This document shows positions 7,629 through 14,545 of a DNA stretch of 15,673 nt, piece after piece (position 1 is the first letter of the stretch; each line of letters opens with the position of its first letter). The position numbers and the translations under genes are program-made. The stretch spans positions 1 through 15,673 of the forward strand of contig CAZHPN010000148.1 in NCBI GenBank assembly GCA_964534375.1, written 5' to 3'. Origin of the DNA: an uncultured bacterium. Lineage in GTDB: Bacteria; Lernaellota; Lernaellaia; Lernaellales; Lernaellaceae. The notes under the pieces were generated by a model. It was given only the letters and a program-made list of their open reading frames with translations, was not told the origin of the DNA and made no database searches.

Positions 7629-8441
7629 CTACAGCGCTACCGCCTCGTAGGGCCGGGGGACCATCGTCGCCGCCCCTGGCGCCAGGCGGCGGACCCGATC
7701 CGCAAACGCGAACGGGTCGCTGCCCGGAATATACCGCGTATCCGCCGACAACGGCAGAGAAAAATCCTCGAAATGGAAGGGAATCACGCGGCGCGGCCGG
7801 ACGCGGCGGAACAGCCGCTCCAGGAACTGCGGCGTGGATTGATAGCCGGAGACGCAGATCCAGGCGTCGTCGACTTCGCGCGCCGGCAGGAGGTTGTCGA
7901 TCAGGTTCGCCGTGCCCAAATGGAACAGCGAGCGGCCGGCGACCTCGACGAAGAGCAGCAGCGGCGGCTCGCCGTGCCGGTATTTCCACACCCGCAGCGG
8001 CGGCTCTTGCCCGGCGGCGATCTTCCCCGGGAATGGCACGTGGCCGAGCGCGACCAGCCCGTGGCGGGTTTTGACCGCCTCCAGCGTGAACGGCCCGATC
8101 GCGAACCGCTCGCCGCCGGCCAGGATCTGCGGGCAGCCGGGCAGACCGTGCATCTTGAGCAACGTGTCGACGCTTTCGTTGCCCCAGACCGGTGCGCCGA
8201 GTTTCCCGGCGATGTACGGCACATCCTGCGCGTGGTCCGAATGCGCGTGCGTGACGACGATGCCGGCCGGTTCGGCGTCGAGCGTCGCCAGGTAGGCGTC
8301 GATCTTCGCCCGGTCGGGCTCGATCGGCCGCGTGAACGAGCGCCACTTGCTCAGGCGCGACAAGTGCGGGTCGATCAGCAGCGCCTTGCCGTCATGGACA
8401 ATCTCCAGACTCGCCGTCCCCAGCCACTTCACGGTAGCCAT
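7629..8441 (-). CDS. MBL-fold metallo-hydrolase (UlaG-like / beta-lactamase superfamily)
   Basis: WLGTAS, LLIDPHLSR, HxHxDH motif THAHSDH, C-terminal VIPFHFE. Confidence 0.9.
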   Translation of the reverse strand: MATVKWLGTASLEIVHDGKALLIDPHLSRLSKWRSFTRPIEPDRAKIDAYLATLDAEPAGIVVTHAHSDHAQDVPYIAGKLGAPVWGNESVDTLLKMHGLPGCPQILAGGERFAIGPFTLEAVKTRHGLVALGHVPFPGKIAAGQEPPLRVWKYRHGEPPLLLFVEVAGRSLFHLGTANLIDNLLPAREVDDAWICVSGYQSTPQFLERLFRRVRPRRVIPFHFEDFSLPLSADTRYIPGSDPFAFADRVRRLAPGAATMVPRPYEAVAL

Positions 8442-9201
8442 CGCGTTTCCCCGTTTTCGCCACGTGGTTGATGTACCATTCCGTGTCTTGCATGATGCCG
8501 CGCAAAACGCGGAGTTCCCTCTCGCTCGGCGCCGCCCGCGCGAAAATGCGCCGCAGTTGCCGCATATTGCGCTCGGGATTCTGCTTGTCGATGAAGCCCA
8601 CTTCCAGATAAAAGCGGCGCATGTGGTCGTACAGCCGCTGCATCTGCTCGTGCGACGCGGGCGTGTGCTTGTCGATCGCGGCGGGCGCCTGGGCCGCGGC
8701 GGAAAAGAGCTCGTAGGCGATGAGCACGACGGCTTGCGCGAGGTTGAGGCTGCGGTGCGCCGGATCGGTGACGACCTCGGCCAACTGATTGCACAGGTCG
8801 AGTTCCGGTTTGTCGAGGCCGTTGACCTCGTTGCCGAAGACCAGCGCCGCCCGCTGGCCGCCGGTCAGTTGCGGCAGCAGCCAGCCGGGCAGCGCGCGCG
8901 ACGTGCAAAAGCGCGGGCGAAATTTGCCGATCCGCCGCGTCGTGCCGACGACGAACTGAAACCCCGCGAGCGCCGCTTCGAGACTGTCGAAAACCTCGGC
9001 GCGTTCGATGATGTCGTAGGCGCCGATCGCCATCATCTTGAGCAGGTCCGTTTCGACGTATTGCGGGTTGACCAGCAGCAGGCGCGAGAGGCCGAAGTTC
9101 TTCATCGCTCGCGCGGCCTGACCGACGTTGCCGTCGCCCATCGGCCGGACGAGCACGACCGCGATCTGGTCCATCAACGGCGGATGATGCGTTTCGGTCA
9201 C
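8392..9201 (-). CDS. trmJ: SPOUT RNA methyltransferase, TrmJ/LasT family (tRNA 2'-O-methyltransferase)
   Basis: Motifs GNVGQAARAMKNFG, ALVFGNEVNGL and SLNLAQAVVLIAYEL, plus C-terminal GFIDKQNP...LRRIFARA...ELRVLRGI. The true start may be the ATG at 9174 rather than the GTG at 9201. Confidence 0.9.
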   Translation of the reverse strand: MTETHHPPLMDQIAVVLVRPMGDGNVGQAARAMKNFGLSRLLLVNPQYVETDLLKMMAIGAYDIIERAEVFDSLEAALAGFQFVVGTTRRIGKFRPRFCTSRALPGWLLPQLTGGQRAALVFGNEVNGLDKPELDLCNQLAEVVTDPAHRSLNLAQAVVLIAYELFSAAAQAPAAIDKHTPASHEQMQRLYDHMRRFYLEVGFIDKQNPERNMRQLRRIFARAAPSERELRVLRGIMQDTEWYINHVAKTGKRDGYREVAGDGESGDCP

Positions 9202-9264
9202 GAATTTGCCTCGGGCCAGCGGCGCGATGGTTCCAGCCTCCCGTAATATGCGGCGCGCAGCTTG

Positions 9265-9293
9265 GTTTTAGTATTTCTCGGCGGAATCGGCAA
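9265..9293 (-). promoter_or_regulatory. Possible sigma70-type promoter for the trmJ cluster
   Basis: Minus-strand TTGCCG-17 nt-TAAAAC in a relatively AT-rich patch about 65 nt upstream of the GTG; partial consensus only. Confidence 0.3.
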
Positions 9294-9320
9294 CACGGGC
9301 GCGGAGGGCGCGATGCGGAC

Positions 9321-9400
9321 AGCGCCAACGGCGCGATTGGTTACAGCCTAGGCCCACGGCCTAGGAACGCGTTCGCGCCACAGCGCAAGGGCCAACGGCG
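9321..9400. repeat. REP-like multi-hairpin intergenic element
   Basis: Hairpin gcgcc-aac-ggcgc (9322-9334); perfect 8-bp stem cctaggcc-cac-ggcctagg (9347-9365); gccaacggcg repeated directly at 9324-9333 and 9391-9400. Confidence 0.55.
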
Positions 9401-9427
9401 GGCGCTATTTTTCCCGGAAGCGTCATC

Positions 9428-9507
9428 CGATTCCCGACGACGTCATGTTCCCGCTGAGCAAACGCGAGTTCGAAACCTTGAAGTCACAAAATGTGATTTC
9501 AAGTTGG
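9428..9507 (+). pseudogene. Short relic of an ORF6N-domain gene
   Basis: Reads R-F-(P, one base missing)-DDVMFPLSKREFETLKSQNVISSW, matching the ORF6N segment recalled as RFPxDFMFQLTxEEFxxLxSQxVTSSW. No intact start or end. Confidence 0.6.
9477..9503. repeat. 12-bp AT-rich inverted repeat (possible terminator or protein-binding palindrome)
   Basis: cttgaagtcaca-aaa-tgtgatttcaag with one G-T mismatch, 4 nt beyond the sulfatase stop codon. Confidence 0.7.
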
Positions 9508-11439
9508 CTACGGCAAATATCCCAACTCGTGCAGCCGTTCGCGTTCGGCCGGGTCGAGCGGCGCGCGGCGCGCCGAGGCGCCGACATGGCGAAACAACTC
9601 CTCGGCGGCGGCGGCGAAGTCGGGCGCCGCGGGATCGCCCAAGCGCTGCGTGAGTTCGTGCGGGTCGACGTTCACCTGATGCGCGGCAGCGGGAAAGGCG
9701 ACCTCGGCGCCGCGCACGCGGATCTGCAAGCCGCTGAACCATTTCCAGACGCCGTCGCTGACGTACCGCGCCGGCACATCGCTCAACGACCGATTTTCGC
9801 CGGCCAACCAGCGCGCGGGCAGGGGCCCGCCCTGGCGAATCGCGGCGGCCAGGCTGCGGCCGTCGGCCTGGGGCAACTCGCCCGGCAGGCCGGCGAATTC
9901 GGCGATGGTCGGCGCGACATCGACCAGGCTCGCCGGCCCGTCAACGATCGCGCCGGCCGGCACGCCGGGGCCGACGACGAGCCACGGCACGCGAATTTCC
10001 TCTTCGAACAATGTCACGCCGTGTCCGTACATCTCGTGCTCGCCGAACAGTTCGCCGTGGTCCGCAGTGACGATCACGTAAGCCGGCCGCCCCCGCTCCG
10101 CGATCGCCGCGAACAGTTTCCCCAATTCGCGGTCCGCGCCCCAAATCGCGCCGCGGTAGAGCGCGCGCGCCGCGGCGGTCAACGCTGGCGAACCGGCGCG
10201 CAGGGCCGTCGCCAGTTCGAACGCGTCCTGATGACGGCTGACCTCGCGGCGGTCCGCGTCGGCGGTCCCGCCGAAAATCCAATCCGGGGCGTCGGTGGGC
10301 GGCCGATACGGCCAGTGTGCGTCGTACAAATGCAGGAACAAAAACGCGGGCCGGTCCGCGGGCCGGCGCGCCAGCCAAGCCTGCGCCACGGCGACCGCGT
10401 CAACGGCCCGCTCGCTCGCCGGGTGCGCAACGCGTGAAAAGCCCTTGCCGAAGCCGTACGGCGCATCGACGAACAGGTTCGTCACCACGGCGAAGGCGTC
10501 GTAGCCGCGCGCCGACAGGGCGGCGGCCAGCGTCGCGGCCCGCGGCGAGATCGCGTCGGCGACCTGGAACACGCCGAGCGACCACGGCCAGCGGCCGGTG
10601 AGCATCGCGGCGTGCGACGGCACGGTCCAACTGCTGGGCGCGCGCACGCCGGTCAGGCGCGCTCCCATCGCGGCCAGCCGGTCGAGGTTCGGCGTGACGC
10701 TCGGTCCGGCGCCGTAAACGCCGACGCCATCGAGCCGCAGGGTGTCGATGCTGACCAGAATCACATCGGGCCGGCCCGCGGCCGCCGGGTGCAAGATCGC
10801 CGCGTCGAGCGCCGGCAAGCCGCCGGCGACCGCGATGGCCGCCGCCGGTATCAGCCAACTCGCCCAACCCGCCGGTTTCGCCTCCGCGGCGGACCAGCGG
10901 CGCAACGGAAAGTGCAGCAGCGTGTAGACGAGCAAGCCGAGCGCCAGGATCCCGATCGTCAGCAGCAACCACGCGCCCGGCCGTCCGGCGAAGGCCAGCC
11001 ACAGGCGGTCGGGCAACAGCGCGGCGTCGACGATCTTGCGCAGGTACGCGCTCATCGACGCCGCATCGCGCGCGAACGCCGGCAGCTTGTCCGGCGGCAG
11101 GCGGCGCACGGCCAAACGGATCGCCGCCGGCGCCGCCGCCACGCCGAGAGCCGCCGCCAGCCAGCCGAACGCCAGCATGAGATAGACGCGCCGCCGATGG
11201 CCGAACAACGCGACGGCGAACGCGCCTTGCAGCAACGAGACCGCCGCCAGCGCAATCGCCCACGGCCGAACGTCGTGGACGAAATCCGCCGTCGTGCGCC
11301 AACGCAGATAACCGTGAAAACCGAGCGCGGCGGCGTGTCGCGCGCCGGCAACGGCGGCGAGGACCAACGTCGCCGCCGCGGCAAACAAGGCGATTCGCAA
11401 GTCAGGGAGGCGCAGCCGACGGTCGCCGGGCGGCGTCAT
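9508..11439 (-). CDS. Membrane-anchored sulfatase-like (alkaline phosphatase superfamily) enzyme with a Thr-type active site
   Basis: Several N-terminal TMs; motifs ILVSIDTLR, SSWTVPSHAAMLTG, FLHLYDAHWPY, VTADHGE...GHG; C-terminal ERLHELGYL. Confidence 0.88.
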   Translation of the reverse strand: MTPPGDRRLRLPDLRIALFAAAATLVLAAVAGARHAAALGFHGYLRWRTTADFVHDVRPWAIALAAVSLLQGAFAVALFGHRRRVYLMLAFGWLAAALGVAAAPAAIRLAVRRLPPDKLPAFARDAASMSAYLRKIVDAALLPDRLWLAFAGRPGAWLLLTIGILALGLLVYTLLHFPLRRWSAAEAKPAGWASWLIPAAAIAVAGGLPALDAAILHPAAAGRPDVILVSIDTLRLDGVGVYGAGPSVTPNLDRLAAMGARLTGVRAPSSWTVPSHAAMLTGRWPWSLGVFQVADAISPRAATLAAALSARGYDAFAVVTNLFVDAPYGFGKGFSRVAHPASERAVDAVAVAQAWLARRPADRPAFLFLHLYDAHWPYRPPTDAPDWIFGGTADADRREVSRHQDAFELATALRAGSPALTAAARALYRGAIWGADRELGKLFAAIAERGRPAYVIVTADHGELFGEHEMYGHGVTLFEEEIRVPWLVVGPGVPAGAIVDGPASLVDVAPTIAEFAGLPGELPQADGRSLAAAIRQGGPLPARWLAGENRSLSDVPARYVSDGVWKWFSGLQIRVRGAEVAFPAAAHQVNVDPHELTQRLGDPAAPDFAAAAEELFRHVGASARRAPLDPAERERLHELGYLP

Positions 11440-12002
11440 CGCGTCGCGGGACCGGCGGCCGGCGCCGGCGTCGTCGCGGGCGTCGGCTCCGGCGAGGGCG
11501 AAACGGCCGGGGCGGCGCCCCTCTCGGCGAGGCGCTGCGCGGCGAAGGTCACGGCGTAATACGGCCGAAAATCGCCCTGCGGCGTCTCGACGAAAAAGCG
11601 AATCTGCGCCTCGTCGAGGCGTTTGCCGTTAAACGAGCGCAGCACGCCGTCAACCTTGATGCGAAGCTGGTCGACCAGCACCTCGTCGCGAACGCGCAAC
11701 TCACCGGGGTTGACCGGCTCGCAACGCGTGAAGCGCGACAGCTTGTCGTCGAATACCGTCAATTGGACCGTGAGATATTTGTCGTCATCTTTCGCGCGGC
11801 GGATGACGACGTGGGCCGTCGTCGTCCGCATGACCTGGAGGTCGTCGTAAACGTTGGCCGGCCCCTCCCACACGCCGAGGAACCGCGCCGCCGGGTCCAC
11901 CTCGACCTTTTCGCCGGCCGCGGCGAGCGCGGCCAGGCACAACAGCGCGAGGCCGAGCGCCGCCGTCGTCGCGCCGGGCTGGCCGAGCGTGCGGTGGGGC
12001 AT
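11436..12002 (-). CDS. Hypothetical exported protein with a Pro/Ala/Thr-rich tail
   Basis: Signal-peptide-like ALGLALLCLAALAAA; FLGVWEG beta-barrel-like start; tail PAVSPSPEPTPATTPAPAAGP. ATGA overlap with the sulfatase gene. Confidence 0.7.
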   Translation of the reverse strand: MPHRTLGQPGATTAALGLALLCLAALAAAGEKVEVDPAARFLGVWEGPANVYDDLQVMRTTTAHVVIRRAKDDDKYLTVQLTVFDDKLSRFTRCEPVNPGELRVRDEVLVDQLRIKVDGVLRSFNGKRLDEAQIRFFVETPQGDFRPYYAVTFAAQRLAERGAAPAVSPSPEPTPATTPAPAAGPATR

Positions 12003-12003
12003 C

Positions 12004-12564
12004 TTACAAAACCTTCACGGACTTCAGCACGATGTCGCGAAAGGCGTCGGCGCGTTCCGGCCGCCAGTGGTCGGGCGTGCCGATCAGCAGCGCGGCGAAC
12101 GGCCGGCCTTTCTTGTCGAAGATGCAGGTCCACCCGCGCACGCCGTTCTCGTCGGTTTCGAACCCGCGCACCGGCCGGCCGCGCACCGTGAATTTGGCCG
12201 CGCGAATCTTCAACTGCGCGTCGTGTCCGCGCGGCGTGAGATTCGCCAGAAAATCGTCAAGATTGTCGCCGGCCGCCGCCGCCGGAATCGCCGCCACGCC
12301 GATGAACGGCAGTGCGTCGAGTTCGCCCGGCGGACGATGCAGCGCGAACGCCCCCTCGACGTGTTTGCCGAACTCCTGCGGAACCCGAAACGCCAATCCG
12401 GCGTCGCGCTCGGTGCGCCAAGGGCCGAATTCGCGGCGCACCTGGCCTGCCGCGCCGCAGCCGGCCAAGGCCGCCGCCAAACAGAACAACGCCGTCCACG
12501 CGAGGCCGCGCCCGACGTCGGGGCGCGCGAAACGCCGGCGCCCGAACGAGGGGTTATGCGTCAC
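12004..12564 (-). CDS. Putative lipoprotein
   Basis: Basic N-region, hydrophobic stretch and lipobox LAGC; packed tightly between neighbours on the same strand. Exact start uncertain. Confidence 0.65.
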   Translation of the reverse strand: MTHNPSFGRRRFARPDVGRGLAWTALFCLAAALAGCGAAGQVRREFGPWRTERDAGLAFRVPQEFGKHVEGAFALHRPPGELDALPFIGVAAIPAAAAGDNLDDFLANLTPRGHDAQLKIRAAKFTVRGRPVRGFETDENGVRGWTCIFDKKGRPFAALLIGTPDHWRPERADAFRDIVLKSVKVL

Positions 12565-13615
12565 GGCCGTGCTCTTCGGAGATGACGTTTTGCAAAGCCA
12601 GTTGAAAGTCTTCGAAGCCGAAAGGCTTGTTCAGGCAGCGGTTCTTGATGTCGGATGGCGCGTCCGAACGCACGGGCGACGCGCCGGTGCAGAACAGGAT
12701 GGGAACGCGCGGCGCCATTTCGCGAATGCGCTCCGCCGCCGCTTCGCCGGAGAGGATGGGCATCGCCAGGTCGAGCACGACGGCCGTCACGCGGTCGCGA
12801 TTCGCGGCAAATAGTTCCACCGCTTCCTGACCGTTGGCCGCGAGCACCGCGCCGTAGCCCATCCGGGCCAGCATGTTTTCGAGCAGGACGCGCAGCAACT
12901 CTTCGTCGTCGGCCACGAGCACCAGCCCGGCCGACGCGCGCTCGCCGTCGGTCCGCGCGGCCGGCGCGAACGGCATCTCCCACATCATGGCGAGCAGCGG
13001 CGCGCCGCCGGTTTCCTGCGGCACGAGCGCCAGCCGGGCGGCGACGGCGAAACCGCCGCCCTGCGCGTCGCGCAACGAGAGGCGGATCGCCTGCGGCCCC
13101 ATTTTGTCCAACGTCTGGCGCAGGTCGGCGAGGCTCACGACCGCTTGCGGCGGCAGCAAATCGGCGAAATTCACATCGACGATGTCCCGGCGTCCGAGCT
13201 GCAACGCGGCGCGCGCGAGGCCGTTGGCGTAGAGCAGCCGGCCCTCGTCGTCGAGCAGGGCCATCGCCGCCGGCGCCTCTTCGAGCAGCCCCCGCAAGCG
13301 CGCTTCGACATTGTCGAGCGAACGTTCCTTTTCGAGCTTGCGGCGCAGTTCCGCGTTCCGTGTGCGCGCCTCGCGCAAATCCTCGATGCCCCGGCTCCAC
13401 ACGGCGACCCAGACGATCAGGCCGCAAATCACGAACATGTCGATCAGCAGCGGGGCCTGCATGTACAGCCGCACGTCCAACGCCCGGTCGTTGTGGGTGA
13501 CGGGGTCGCGGGCCAACTCCGTCACCTCCAACGCGAGATAGCGGTAAAAAACCACTTGCGCCGAGATGAACGCGCCGATGAGAATCGCCGCCAGCAACAT
13601 CCGCTTATTTTTCAT
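12554..13615 (-). CDS. Membrane-bound PAS plus receiver-domain protein
   Basis: Two TMs and a coiled coil; PAS (LLEEAPAAMALLDDEGRLLYAN); REC with VLVADDEE, VVLDLAMP, FCTG and NKPF. Confidence 0.88.
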   Translation of the reverse strand: MKNKRMLLAAILIGAFISAQVVFYRYLALEVTELARDPVTHNDRALDVRLYMQAPLLIDMFVICGLIVWVAVWSRGIEDLREARTRNAELRRKLEKERSLDNVEARLRGLLEEAPAAMALLDDEGRLLYANGLARAALQLGRRDIVDVNFADLLPPQAVVSLADLRQTLDKMGPQAIRLSLRDAQGGGFAVAARLALVPQETGGAPLLAMMWEMPFAPAARTDGERASAGLVLVADDEELLRVLLENMLARMGYGAVLAANGQEAVELFAANRDRVTAVVLDLAMPILSGEAAAERIREMAPRVPILFCTGASPVRSDAPSDIKNRCLNKPFGFEDFQLALQNVISEEHGRDA

Positions 13616-13647
13616 CGCCGATCTTCACCCGTCGCATTTGTCACGGA

Positions 13648-13676
13648 AATCTACCAAAAACATGGCGCCGTGTCGC
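13648..13676 (-). promoter_or_regulatory. Possible extended -10 sigma70-type promoter for the PAS-REC cluster
   Basis: Minus-strand GCGACA-17 nt-TAGATT with TG at the extended -10 position, about 32 nt upstream of the ATG at 13615. Confidence 0.3.
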
Positions 13677-13752
13677 GGAAAAGGCAAGCGAGAAGTCGGA
13701 TGGGAGACGAAGAGCAGGCGATAGGAGAGAGGCATAGGCCGCGAATGGCGCT

Positions 13753-13784
13753 CGGCACGGCGGGAGGCGTCATGGCCCGTGCCG
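13753..13784. repeat. 8-bp inverted repeat downstream of the HAD gene
   Basis: cggcacgg (13753-13760) pairs with ccgtgccg (13777-13784) around a 16-nt loop; no U-tract. Confidence 0.4.
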
Positions 13785-13812
13785 CATCCGCGGTCATCTG
13801 CGACATCTGCGG
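13785..13812 (-). repeat. Degenerate 9/10-bp tandem repeat (CGCAGATG core, 3 units)
   Basis: Minus strand reads ccgcagatg / tcgcagatg / accgcggatg, the same core as 4762-4788. Confidence 0.6.
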
Positions 13813-13837
13813 CAAGAAAATCGTTGGCCGTCGCCGG

Positions 13838-14542
13838 TCAACGCCGCAACGGCCAGCTTTCGCCCGAACGCGGGCGCGCCGCGTCGCGCGTGGTCGTCCA
13901 CGATTCCGCGCGCCAGCCGCGGCGGGCCGCTTCGGCCGCGAGTTCGGCGTCGGCGTTGACCGCGACGGGTTCGCCGACGACCTCCAGCAGCGGCAGGTCG
14001 ATGCCGTTGTCGGTGTAGACCGTCGCCTCGGCCGGCGCGACGCCGCGGCCGGCCAGCCACGCCAGCACGAGTTGTTTCTTGCCGTCGGCGACGCACGCCG
14101 GCCGCGCCATGCGCGGCAGCAGCCGTTCGCCGTCGCGTTCGCAATCCGTGCCGACGGCGTCGTCGGCGCCGACCTCGTGCGCGAGCGCGCGCGCCACGAA
14201 CGAGTTCGAGCCGGTCGCCAGCAGCACGAGGTCGCCGCGCCGCCGGTGCGCCGCGATCGCCGCCAGGCCCTCGGCGAAGAACCGCGGCCGCATCGCCTCG
14301 GCCACCGCCGCGGCGGCGAGCTGCTCGACGCGCGCCGCCGTGAGGCCGGCGACGCACGTTGCGCCCGCTGCGACGATGATCATCATATCGGCGAGGCCGA
14401 GCCGGTACAGCGCCACCGCCTTGTACGAACGCCAGCGGCCGGCCAGCGGCATCGCGCCCGTGCGCATCAGATGGCGGGCGAACAGGTAACCGCTCATGCC
14501 GTCGAGCAAGGTGCGATCGACATCGAAAACGGCGGCGCGCAT
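13838..14542 (-). CDS. HAD-IB family hydrolase (phosphoserine phosphatase-like)
   Basis: Motif I FDVDRT, motif II LATGS, Lys in ADGKK, motif IV YTDNGIDLPLL, and PVAVN. Confidence 0.9.
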   Translation of the reverse strand: MRAAVFDVDRTLLDGMSGYLFARHLMRTGAMPLAGRWRSYKAVALYRLGLADMMIIVAAGATCVAGLTAARVEQLAAAAVAEAMRPRFFAEGLAAIAAHRRRGDLVLLATGSNSFVARALAHEVGADDAVGTDCERDGERLLPRMARPACVADGKKQLVLAWLAGRGVAPAEATVYTDNGIDLPLLEVVGEPVAVNADAELAAEAARRGWRAESWTTTRDAARPRSGESWPLRR

Positions 14543-14545
14543 CGG

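Noticed and set aside
5969..8074. 701-aa plus-strand ORF
   Set aside because: Antisense to the well-supported kinase and MBL genes; no domain signature.
7629..8441. MBL-fold gene as an antibiotic-resistance metallo-beta-lactamase
   Set aside because: No signal peptide, and the motifs fit the cytoplasmic UlaG-like branch.
9484..9496. TCACA-aaa-TGTGA as a CRP site
   Set aside because: Half-sites are in the wrong order and spacing; CRP needs TGTGA-N6-TCACA.
9445..10437. 330-aa plus-strand ORF starting MFPLSKREF
   Set aside because: Only the first 21 codons are ORF6N-like; the rest is antisense read-through of the sulfatase gene.
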